From Chloroflexota bacterium (GTDB taxonomy: Bacteria > Chloroflexota > Limnocylindria > Limnocylindrales > CSP1-4): a stretch of 64,000 nucleotides of DNA. The stretch lies in assembly GCA_003152165.1 (NCBI GenBank), contig PLZO01000125.1:1346-65345 (forward strand), written 5' to 3'. The notes under the pieces are model-generated. The model made no database searches. It saw only the letters and a list, made by a program, of their open reading frames with translations, and was not told where the DNA came from. Shown piece after piece: positions 9,384-17,685 of this stretch (position 1 is the first letter of the stretch; each line of letters begins with the position of its first letter). The translations under genes were made by a program, and so were the position numbers.

Positions 9384-12008
9384 CTACGAGTTCCGGGGGA
9401 TGATCCCGTCCGGCACCAGTGGGAGCGAGCGCAGGCGCACCCCCGTCGCGGCGAAGATCGCGTTGGCGAGAGCCGGCGCAATCGCAATGATGGGTGCCTC
9501 GCCACCGCCCGCGGAGGGCAGATCCCGTCGGTCAAGGAGCACGATCTCGATGGGCGGAACGTCCGTGATCCGTGGGACGCGGTAGTCCGACATGGAGGCG
9601 TTCTGGATCGTGCCCGCCTCGAAGTGGACCGCCTCGAAGAGTGCGGCACCCAGGCCCATCACGGTCGCTCCCTCCACCTGGTTTGACAGGCCGTCGGGAT
9701 TGACGATCGCGCCGCACTCAAATGCACTCACGATCCGGAGGATCTCCACGCGTCGGCCTTCCCCGACGCGCAGCGCTACGCAGGTGGCGACACGGGCGCC
9801 CTTCTCCGTGCCGCAGGCGATGCCAAACCCGACGCCAGACTCGTGTCGGCCGGCCCAGTTCATGCGCTCAGCGGCGGCGCGCAAGACCGCCACGAGCCGC
9901 TCGTCGGGGAGGTGGCTGAGGCGGAGCTCGAGGGGGTCGATGCCCAGCGCGTGGGCCAGCTCGTCCATATGGGATTCGCGTGCGAAGTGGTTCGCCGTTG
10001 CGGCCAACGCCCGATACGGGCCCTGGGCCAGCGGCGAGTCGGCAGGTTGGAAGTCGATTCGTTGGTTGGGGATCTCATACGGACCAACGAGGCCGAACGT
10101 GCCCGAGTTCGTGTTGCGCAGCTCCCACGCCGTGATCGTGCCGTCCCGACGTGCGCCGCTGCGGACATCGATCACCGCGGCCGGCCGGAGGTGGCCCTGG
10201 GTGAACTCCTCCCCGCGGCTCCAGCGAACCTTGACCGGGCGACCGGTGGCGCGCGACAGCCGGGCAGCCTCCATCGCAACCTCAGCCCCATGCTTGCCGC
10301 CGAAGCCGCCGCCCGTGTCCGGCACGACGACGCGCACCTGCGCTTCGGGAACGCCGAGCGCCTCGGCGAGCTCGCGGCGCACCCCGAACGGCTCCTGCGT
10401 CCCGGTCCAGACGGTCAGACGGATGCCTTCCCACTGAGCCAATGCGACATGCGTCTCGAGGGGCACGTGCGCGACATACGCAGTGGTGTAGGTTGCGGCG
10501 AGCTTGACCGGCGCTTCCGCCAGCGCCGCGTCGGGGTCGCCGATCTCTTGGTGGAATGCGCCCTCCCAGCCCTCCTCCTCCACTGGGTGCGAGCGCAGGT
10601 AGTCGGTCAGCTCTGCCTCGGAAGGTTGGGGTGCCAGGTCCCACTCCGCGTCGATCGCCTGCAATGCTCGTCCGGCCTCGTCCGGCTCGGAGGTGGCCAC
10701 CCCTACAAACGAACCCTCGTGCACGACGGTCACGCCCGGCAGCGCCTCGGCCCTCGCGAGATCGATCGAACGCAGCGTCGCACCAACGGCAGGCGGTCGC
10801 AGGACACGGCCAAAGAGCATGCCCGGACACGACACGTCCGAGGGGTAGCGCTTGGCGCCCGTCACGACCTCCGCTGCCGTTAGGCGTGGGGTCGGGCGTC
10901 CGACCAGCAGCTCCGCCGGCCCTGGCGTCACGGGTGCATCGGACGATGTGATCTCGACGCGCTGCATACCGCGCACGAGCTCTCCGTAGCTGACGGAGCG
11001 GCTGTCGTGGGATACCCGAATGCAGCCGTCGGATGCACTGAGCTCGGCAGCGCCGACGCTCCATCGGGCAGCGGCGAGGCCGAGCAGGTACTCGCGGGCG
11101 GATGCGGCGGCCTGCCGAAGGTGCTCGCCCGCATCGGGCATCGAGCGGCTGCCGAACGTGCCGACGTCGAAGGGGCAGACATCGGTGTCGCCCATCACGA
11201 GGTGGACCGCGGCGAGGGAAACACGCAGCTCCTCGGCGACGCGCACAGAGAGCGCAGTCCGGTTGTCCTGCCCGATGTCCACCTTACCGGTGAAGGCCAC
11301 CACCGTTCCGTCGGCGCCGACGTGGACCCACGCCCCCGTGCTCGTCGTCCAGCCACTTGACGCCGCAGGGCGGCCCGGCGTCCTGGCTGGCTCCCTGACC
11401 ACCACCAGCCCATCAGGGAGGACACCGAAGTAGTCGCGTTCCTCGGGCCGTAGCAGGTCCCACGGTTGCCGCGGCCGGGCCCCTGGGGTCAGCACGCTGG
11501 CGCTCGTGGCGAGCGGCGCGGGCCAGGCCCAGCCGTCGGCGTCCCGCGCCAGCTCGGCGGCACGATGCACGGCGCGCAGGATGCGTGGATAGGTGCAACA
11601 GCGGCAGACGTTGCCCGCCAGGGCTGTCTTGACTTGTGTGTCGTCCGGATCGCCGTCCTGCTCCAACAGTGCGACCGTGCTCATGATCATCCCGGCCGTG
11701 CAGTAGCCGCACTGGAGAGCTCCGACTTCGAGGAAGGCGCGTTGGACCGGATGGAGGTGGCCGTTGCTTGGCAGTCCCTCGACGGTGCTGATGGCATGGC
11801 CGGCCGTATCTGCCGCGCGGACCTGACAGGCTCGAACCGGCGCACCATCGAGGAGCACGGTACAGGCGCCGCATGCACCCTCGCCGCAGCCTGGCTTGGC
11901 GCCGGTGAGCTCGAACTCCTCGCGGAGCACGTCGAGCAGACTCCGATCTGGCTCGGGCGCCAACTCGCGAGCCAGCCCATTCACGACGATCTGGGCGGAG
12001 CCGATCAT
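9384..12008 (-). CDS. molybdopterin aldehyde oxidoreductase with fused N-terminal [2Fe-2S] domain (xanthine dehydrogenase family; no FAD subunit)
   Basis: N-terminal CGEGACGACTV and the second Cys cluster (QCGYCTAGM) are followed by the large molybdopterin-binding domain. RBS gaagggacgagc precedes the ATG (MIGSAQIVVNG). The ORF-track start at 12092 is probably too long. Confidence 0.8.
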   Translation of the reverse strand: MIGSAQIVVNGLARELAPEPDRSLLDVLREEFELTGAKPGCGEGACGACTVLLDGAPVRACQVRAADTAGHAISTVEGLPSNGHLHPVQRAFLEVGALQCGYCTAGMIMSTVALLEQDGDPDDTQVKTALAGNVCRCCTYPRILRAVHRAAELARDADGWAWPAPLATSASVLTPGARPRQPWDLLRPEERDYFGVLPDGLVVVREPARTPGRPAASSGWTTSTGAWVHVGADGTVVAFTGKVDIGQDNRTALSVRVAEELRVSLAAVHLVMGDTDVCPFDVGTFGSRSMPDAGEHLRQAAASAREYLLGLAAARWSVGAAELSASDGCIRVSHDSRSVSYGELVRGMQRVEITSSDAPVTPGPAELLVGRPTPRLTAAEVVTGAKRYPSDVSCPGMLFGRVLRPPAVGATLRSIDLARAEALPGVTVVHEGSFVGVATSEPDEAGRALQAIDAEWDLAPQPSEAELTDYLRSHPVEEEGWEGAFHQEIGDPDAALAEAPVKLAATYTTAYVAHVPLETHVALAQWEGIRLTVWTGTQEPFGVRRELAEALGVPEAQVRVVVPDTGGGFGGKHGAEVAMEAARLSRATGRPVKVRWSRGEEFTQGHLRPAAVIDVRSGARRDGTITAWELRNTNSGTFGLVGPYEIPNQRIDFQPADSPLAQGPYRALAATANHFARESHMDELAHALGIDPLELRLSHLPDERLVAVLRAAAERMNWAGRHESGVGFGIACGTEKGARVATCVALRVGEGRRVEILRIVSAFECGAIVNPDGLSNQVEGATVMGLGAALFEAVHFEAGTIQNASMSDYRVPRITDVPPIEIVLLDRRDLPSAGGGEAPIIAIAPALANAIFAATGVRLRSLPLVPDGIIPRNS

Positions 12009-12221
12009 GCTCGTCCCTTCGCGTTCGATACCGGAGATGACCAAGCATAGCCCCGTCGAACGGGATATGAGATTTGGCTGGCGGGCTAGCATACGGATGG
12101 CCCCCGTTCGGCTCGTCGACGGCGATCCCTCTTGGGGTTTGGTCAGATCGCGCCGACGGGGGCCTCTGCCGGGCGCTCAGGAAGGCGCTCCCCGCCGCCC
12201 GCCAACCATCAGGAGGACGAG

Positions 12222-13013
12222 ATGCCGGCTCGTAAGCCCAAGGAAAAGGCCACGACCAACAACGGAACCAGGGTTCGTGCGCAGGAATTGGCCGCGGCCA
12301 AACGGGCGGCAGCGGCGACCATGCGTGAGGCAGCCAGTGGCGGTGCCGACGTGACCCGCGGCGAAGACGAAGCGACCGCCGCAGCCACGTTTTCGGCCCT
12401 CAGCGATGCTGCCGCCCGGAGAGGAGTGCGCGATGCGGCCGAAGCCGCTGCGGCGCTCGCGATGGCGGACGAGGTCGCCGCTGGCGGAGAGCTCGCCGCG
12501 GCGCTGAGCACCGATGAGTTTCGCCGCGGCATGGAGCTCGCGGGTATCGCTGGCCAGGTACAGGTAGCAGCGGAGTTGCTGCGAGGCGCCCAGCAGCCAA
12601 CTCTTGCGGCGTTTCTCGGCCGCACCAGCCATCAGCTGCGTATCCTGGCAGTGGACTCGCTCAGCCGGGCCACCGAGGGCGCCATCGTCGCCCACGGAGC
12701 GGAGCACCTCGCTGATGAGCTTGCGGCGCTGGGACTCACCGAGATGGGTGAGGGCCGAGAGGAATACGCGACCTCCGAGGGGCTTGGCGCCGCGAGCGCC
12801 GAGATGGCCGCAGCAGCCGTGCGATCGGCAGCGGCGGGGGCAGCTGAACTCGCCGCTGCGAAGGCGATGGGTGGCCTGACCCAGGCGCTTGAGAACGACG
12901 GCGCGGGGGGCGCCGCAGGTGCCCGCAGGGCTCAGCAGGGGCCTGCGGGCAAGGCAGCAGCAGCGGCGTCCTCCAGGCGTGCGCCCCGTAAGCCGTCCAA
13001 GCCGAGGACCTAG
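12222..13013 (+). CDS. alanine-rich hypothetical protein
   Basis: RBS aggagga precedes the ATG (MPARKPKEK...). The product is a long Ala/Glu-rich helical-looking sequence. Confidence 0.5.
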   Translation: MPARKPKEKATTNNGTRVRAQELAAAKRAAAATMREAASGGADVTRGEDEATAAATFSALSDAAARRGVRDAAEAAAALAMADEVAAGGELAAALSTDEFRRGMELAGIAGQVQVAAELLRGAQQPTLAAFLGRTSHQLRILAVDSLSRATEGAIVAHGAEHLADELAALGLTEMGEGREEYATSEGLGAASAEMAAAAVRSAAAGAAELAAAKAMGGLTQALENDGAGGAAGARRAQQGPAGKAAAAASSRRAPRKPSKPRT

Positions 13014-13067
13014 ATCGACGGGCCCAAGGGATCGCCGTCGCCGCCTCTCCGGGGTCAGACTGAGGGC

Positions 13068-13721
13068 ATGACGCCCGCGGATCGGCGCAGATTCGTTATC
13101 GAGCACACGACCATCGGCAGTGCGCTGCTCGTGCCCGAGATTCTGCTGCACATCGGCGGGTCGTCAATGGCCCTGTGGGAGGCGGCCGCCCTGGCCGATG
13201 TCCGACCAGCCGTGCCGCCGCCCTACTGGGCGTGGCCGTGGCCCGGTGGGCAGGCTCTGGCCCGCTATCTCCTCGATCGTCCGACGACCGTGCGTGGGCT
13301 GAGTGTCGTCGATGTCGGCGCCGGTGGTGGGATCGTGGCGATCGCTGCCGCGCTGGCCGGAGCCGAAGCCGTGGGTGCGATCGATGTCGAGCCGTTCGCC
13401 ATCGAGGCCTGCCGACTCAATGCCGACCTGAACCAGGCGGGGATCGGGCTAATCGAAACCGATCCGATCGGCTCCGACGACGGCTGGGACGTCGTGCTCG
13501 CCGGCGACACCTGGTACGAGCCCGAGCTCGGGGCGCGGATGGCCCGCTGGCTGCGGGCCATGGCGGCTCGCGGCGCACTGGTGCTGACAGGGGACCTCGG
13601 CCGAAGCCATCTCCCCGCGTCGGGCCTGGTCGAGCTGGCTCGCTACTCGTTGCCGACCAGCCTCGACCTGGAAGACACAGATTCGAAGCTCGTCCGCGTC
13701 CTCCGCTTCGTGGCGGAGTGA
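13068..13721 (+). CDS. class I SAM-dependent methyltransferase (PrmA/small protein-lysine MTase-like)
   Basis: Motifs VVDVGAGGGIVAIAAALAGA (motif I) and VLAGDTWYEPEL. The architecture resembles small protein methyltransferases. Confidence 0.7.
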   Translation: MTPADRRRFVIEHTTIGSALLVPEILLHIGGSSMALWEAAALADVRPAVPPPYWAWPWPGGQALARYLLDRPTTVRGLSVVDVGAGGGIVAIAAALAGAEAVGAIDVEPFAIEACRLNADLNQAGIGLIETDPIGSDDGWDVVLAGDTWYEPELGARMARWLRAMAARGALVLTGDLGRSHLPASGLVELARYSLPTSLDLEDTDSKLVRVLRFVAE

Positions 13722-13860
13722 GGCGCAGATCGCGCCGTGCCAGTTCCGACGGCAGTCAGGAACATGCGCATCGACTTCTCAGCCCGCGCAGCCCTGAGGA
13801 GGAGCGCAAATGAGTCGCGTAGAGTAGGCGGGGCGTCAGGAACGTAGGTCGACCTGCAAC

Positions 13861-13936
13861 GTCCCCGTAGCTCAGCGGACAGAGCAACCGCCTTCTAAGC
13901 GGTAGGTCGCAGGTTCGAACCCTGCCGGGGACGCCA
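13861..13936 (+). tRNA. tRNA-Arg (anticodon TCT)
   Basis: Acceptor gtccccg/cggggac, anticodon stem accgc/gcggt with loop CT-TCT-AA, T-arm gcagg-ttcgaac-cctgc, discriminator G, encoded CCA. Confidence 0.85.
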
Positions 13937-15373
13937 GTTCCTACTTACGGACTCCGGCAGGCTCAGCGCGAGCCCAGCGGCATAAGCACTCGTGGTCAGG
14001 GTCACCCCGACAAAGGCCGGCCCGTTGACTTCGATGCGTTCGTAGATGCCGTGGAGAAGCTCGGCCTTCTCGGCCGGCGTTGCCTTGGCCAGTAGGAGTG
14101 GAATGTTCCTCAGGTACTCCACGGCTTTCGCCGGGTCGATCGCCCTGACCTCTGCAGCTCTGGGCCCCTCCTGGATCGCTTCAATAGCTGCGCCGAGCTC
14201 CTCCAGGGTGATCCTGCCCTCGGCGAAACAATTGGCCAGCTGCCTGCGCCTGCGGGCGTTTCGGGCCTTGTCGATGCTGACCGGCTCGGGCCTCCCTTTG
14301 GACAGGATGCGAACCACTCGCTCGATGGTCCGATCACTGAGATCGATGCCGGCGATCTGGGCGAAGATCGGTTCTTCCCAGACAGCTGAGGCGTAGTGGC
14401 CTTGCTTGCCCCACGCGCCACAAGGCTGAAAATGCATGCGGCTTGGCCTGCCAGGCGTGCCCATCAGGCCGTTCGACCGAACCCGAACACCGCAGGTACA
14501 GAAGATCAAGCCAGTGAGTGGGTCAATCCGGCCAGATCGCTTCCCCCCGGCGTGGGTTCGGTTCGAACGCTGCTCGGCGACCCGATTCCAGAGATCGTCT
14601 GAAACTGGCGGGTTTGCGCGCCAAGCCGAAGGGAGGCGTTCTTCGTTCTGACCGCGATGCCGACGGGCCCAGCCGTTGTACAAGGGGTTCCGGAGAACCT
14701 TGTTGATCCGCTCGTACTCAAGGCCCGTTTCGGCCACGAGGTCACGGATGCTGACCGTGCCCGTGGAGTAGCGCTCGTACAGGTGAACCGCCTGATCGAT
14801 CGTGGTCAGGTCGATCTCCATGAGGCAGGGCTTGACCTTCGAGCGTTTGAAGCCGATGGGTGGGGTACCGGCTTGATCGGCAAAGCGCTGAAACTTCGCC
14901 TCGTACCCCTGTCTGACTCGCCGAGCCAACCGTCGGCTGTAAGCCTCGGCCTCGACGAGCTCTCGTGCCCACTGTTCCCAGCGCTCGTCGTCCGACGACA
15001 GGAGGCCATCGTCACAGAAGTAGATGACCGCCCCGGCCGCATGGAGGGTCTTGAGTACGGCCGACTGCGAGTCGTAATTCCGTGTCAGGCGGCTGACGTA
15101 CCCGACGAGCAACACGTCGTAATCGATGCCCGCTCGCGCAACCATCTCGGACCATTCAGGCGTTTCGTCGATGCTCCTGCCGCTGTGAGCAGCTGACCAT
15201 TTGAGCCCGGTGTCGACGAAACCAAACTTCTGGACGGCGAAGTCCTGCTGGCGCATCTGGGAATCAGGTCCGAATCCCTCCGCCATCTGGTCCTTCGTGC
15301 TTTCTCGAATCCAGCGAGCGGCGCGGAGATCCTTGCCCTTCAGATCTTCGATCCTTGCGGGCAGAGGCATCAC
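13895..15373 (-). CDS. large serine recombinase (integrase)
   Basis: N-terminal catalytic motif LRAARWIRESTKDQ (resolvase/invertase-type Ser). The 492-aa size and C-terminal recombinase/zinc-ribbon-like region fit a large serine recombinase. The last ~13 codons plus stop are antisense to the tRNA-Arg 3' half. Confidence 0.85.
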   Translation of the reverse strand: MMPLPARIEDLKGKDLRAARWIRESTKDQMAEGFGPDSQMRQQDFAVQKFGFVDTGLKWSAAHSGRSIDETPEWSEMVARAGIDYDVLLVGYVSRLTRNYDSQSAVLKTLHAAGAVIYFCDDGLLSSDDERWEQWARELVEAEAYSRRLARRVRQGYEAKFQRFADQAGTPPIGFKRSKVKPCLMEIDLTTIDQAVHLYERYSTGTVSIRDLVAETGLEYERINKVLRNPLYNGWARRHRGQNEERLPSAWRANPPVSDDLWNRVAEQRSNRTHAGGKRSGRIDPLTGLIFCTCGVRVRSNGLMGTPGRPSRMHFQPCGAWGKQGHYASAVWEEPIFAQIAGIDLSDRTIERVVRILSKGRPEPVSIDKARNARRRRQLANCFAEGRITLEELGAAIEAIQEGPRAAEVRAIDPAKAVEYLRNIPLLLAKATPAEKAELLHGIYERIEVNGPAFVGVTLTTSAYAAGLALSLPESVSRNWRPRQGSNLRPTA

Positions 15374-15594
15374 GAGTCTCGCGCCAAAATCTGACCGACG
15401 ATCCGAGCCAAGAGGTCGATGAACATCACGTCTGAGCCGGCTGACGTGCCTGCAGCTGGGTCAGGAGCGGCCGATTCGTCCGACTCTGGGCGCGGTCTGT
15501 GCGTGGTTTCCTCAAGCGCCTTGACTCCGGGTTCGAGCTGCGCCCTTCGGCTCGGCTCAGCCGGGCTAGATTTCGGTCGAGTCGCCTCGACCAA
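15370..15594 (-). CDS. small hypothetical protein upstream of recombinase (possible directionality factor)
   Basis: 4-nt overlap with the recombinase start. Composition is only moderately protein-like. Confidence 0.3.
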   Translation of the reverse strand: MVEATRPKSSPAEPSRRAQLEPGVKALEETTHRPRPESDESAAPDPAAGTSAGSDVMFIDLLARIVGQILARDS

Positions 15595-15819
15595 TGCGGT
15601 AGCAGCCCGACGGGACGGGAATCACGAAACCGGCGCCGCGCGCCGGATCAGGCACGTACGAGGTGCCCGGTGTGGGATTCGGCTTCGACGTAAGCGGCAT
15701 TTAGGAAACCCATCAACAACGATTGATCCGTTGCCCGAGGCTACCACGGAGGTTCTGGGACGTCCAGTCGGGCCGAGCTTGCCCCGAATCGATCCGGCAG
15801 CCACTACGATGGGCTCGAC

Positions 15820-16593
15820 ATGGCGAGCTTCGGCGGACCGCTGACCTCCGACAACCGCCCCACACCCGCGCCGCTACGGGTGCCGCCGTCGCGCGGGCCG
15901 ATCGTGGCGGCGGTGCTGGTCCTCGTCGGCGTGACCTTCCTGGTTGGCTTCCGTCTCGGTGGGAACGGCGCGTCGCCGCCGGTCGTCGTGCCCAGCGACG
16001 GAAGCAACGGGTCGACGTCATCGACGACGACGTCGCCATCGACTACGGCGCCGCCGGTCCCGCCGACGCCGCTGGTCCAGCCTGACGCGGTCAGCAGCGA
16101 ACTCGCGAGCACCGCGGGTGGCCTCGTTCCGCGGTATGGCTGGGCGATCTGCGTCGTGGACACCGCGCCCATCGTTTGCCGGTCGATCCGGCCCACCGCC
16201 GAGCCGTATGACGCCTTCGCCGGTACGGCTGGCCCGCTCGCGTCGCCGTCTGCCAGGCTGGCGGCGCTCTGGCGGGCCTTGCCGACGTCCGAAGTCCTGG
16301 GCACCCATCTCGTTCTGGTGGCAGCGCTCAGCCGACCGGCGCAGACGGCGTTGCTGGCGCGGGTGGACGGACGCGAGGCGAACCGGGAGGCTACGCCGGT
16401 CGAGCCAGGCCGTTATGGCATCAGCTACTTCGACCTCGGCGCCCTGACCCCTGGGCAGTACCTCGTCGCTGTGATCGATCAGGTACCCATCCCGCCCCCG
16501 ACGCGCGTCGCCATCCTCACCCAGGTCGTCGGGCTCCTCGTCTGCCCAGGTGTGCTCGGTAACGCATCGCCGGGCTGTACGTCCGTGCCCTGA
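15820..16593 (+). CDS. membrane-anchored secreted hypothetical protein
   Basis: N-terminal TM segment IVAAVLVLVGVTFLVGF is followed by an S/T/P-rich linker and a globular-looking domain. Confidence 0.5.
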   Translation: MASFGGPLTSDNRPTPAPLRVPPSRGPIVAAVLVLVGVTFLVGFRLGGNGASPPVVVPSDGSNGSTSSTTTSPSTTAPPVPPTPLVQPDAVSSELASTAGGLVPRYGWAICVVDTAPIVCRSIRPTAEPYDAFAGTAGPLASPSARLAALWRALPTSEVLGTHLVLVAALSRPAQTALLARVDGREANREATPVEPGRYGISYFDLGALTPGQYLVAVIDQVPIPPPTRVAILTQVVGLLVCPGVLGNASPGCTSVP

Positions 16594-17210
16594 CCTTACG
16601 GGAGGTTGGTTGAGCTTGGCCAGCCTTCGGGCCGTCAGGACCCCGGCACGTCGCGCGGGGGCGAGAGGCGCTTGTGCGGCTGTTCCAAGCGGCAGTCGTG
16701 CAGCGCCCGGAATTGTTGGTAATCAATCCCGAAGTGGTCGCGAAGTTGCTCGCCGCCGATGGCCCGGATGAGCACGGGTACCCGAGTTGGGCCCTACGTT
16801 CGCCTACCGCTGAATTTCCACGGGGCCTGGCCCGATAACACCTCCTAGGATGGCCCAGGACGGACGAATCATTTCTTCTGTGACATTCCACCCGGCTCCG
16901 AATCATCCGCGGCCCGCGGGCGATTCACGGCCGCGACACGGGATCCTGAGGTGTAGACCTGCGCAGATCGACCGCGAATGGTCGGGCATCCAGTTCGGTC
17001 AGGCCGCTCATCGGCGACCGGGAATCCCGGAATCACGGGCAGGCAGGATCGCCGGACGGGTGCGTGGAATCGTCGAGCTGTTCATCACCGCAATTATAAC
17101 AGGCTGGCATCAGCTTTACTAACGACCCGGATCAGCCGGCGCTTCGCGATCGTCACCGTGTTTACCCCTGACGGGATTGATCAAGGCTCTTGACGGTACG
17201 AGTGGGCGAT

Positions 17211-17239
17211 TTTACATGAACTCAGAACGCGCGTAGAAT
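17211..17239 (+). promoter_or_regulatory. sigma70-like promoter TTTACA-N17-TAGAAT
   Basis: Near-consensus -35/-10 with 17-nt spacing, inside a 700-bp AT-richer non-coding region about 80 nt upstream of the 17320 ORF and the primase gene. Confidence 0.4.
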
Positions 17240-17319
17240 GCGATTTACGAGGCAAGCTGAACGGGCGACCGTCGAGGCTCGCTTTACCGACTTAACGCAA
17301 ATACCGACAATACTGGGAA

Positions 17320-17616
17320 ATGATCATGTCCACTGCCGAACCAGAACTTCAACGACTCCTCAAGTTAAGCCTCGCCGGCCGAAATCATCCCGGCTACACG
17401 ACATATGCGGGTCTGCCAGCGTTTAACCACGATACGGTCTTGACGACCCTCTCGACGAACCGGACCTCCGCCAAACGACTCCACCGAGAAGCTCTCGTCC
17501 TTGGTGTCGTCTCTCCGCCGGCGTCGACGTCCCGGGACCGGAAGCCGATGCGGGTGCAGTTCATCTACCCGGACCGGATTGCCGAGGCACTCAAGGCCGG
17601 GCAGAGCGATGACTAG
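17320..17616 (+). CDS. hypothetical protein
   Basis: 98-aa protein-like ORF downstream of the promoter and immediately upstream of the primase. Confidence 0.45.
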   Translation: MIMSTAEPELQRLLKLSLAGRNHPGYTTYAGLPAFNHDTVLTTLSTNRTSAKRLHREALVLGVVSPPASTSRDRKPMRVQFIYPDRIAEALKAGQSDD

Positions 17617-17685
17617 CGAGCCTGCGTTACCCGGGTGGGCCGCTCCTAGCAGAGCTCGATCGGCATCGCGACGGGATCTCGTGCG

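Noticed and set aside
10282-11064. Multiple 60-350-aa ORFs on both strands inside 9.4-12.1 kb
   Set aside because: They are all antisense to or out of frame with the xanthine-dehydrogenase-family gene and have Arg/Pro/Ala-rich low-complexity products.
12177-13151. 324-aa minus ORF
   Set aside because: It is antisense to the Ala-rich protein and the small MTase, and it has no RBS or motif support.
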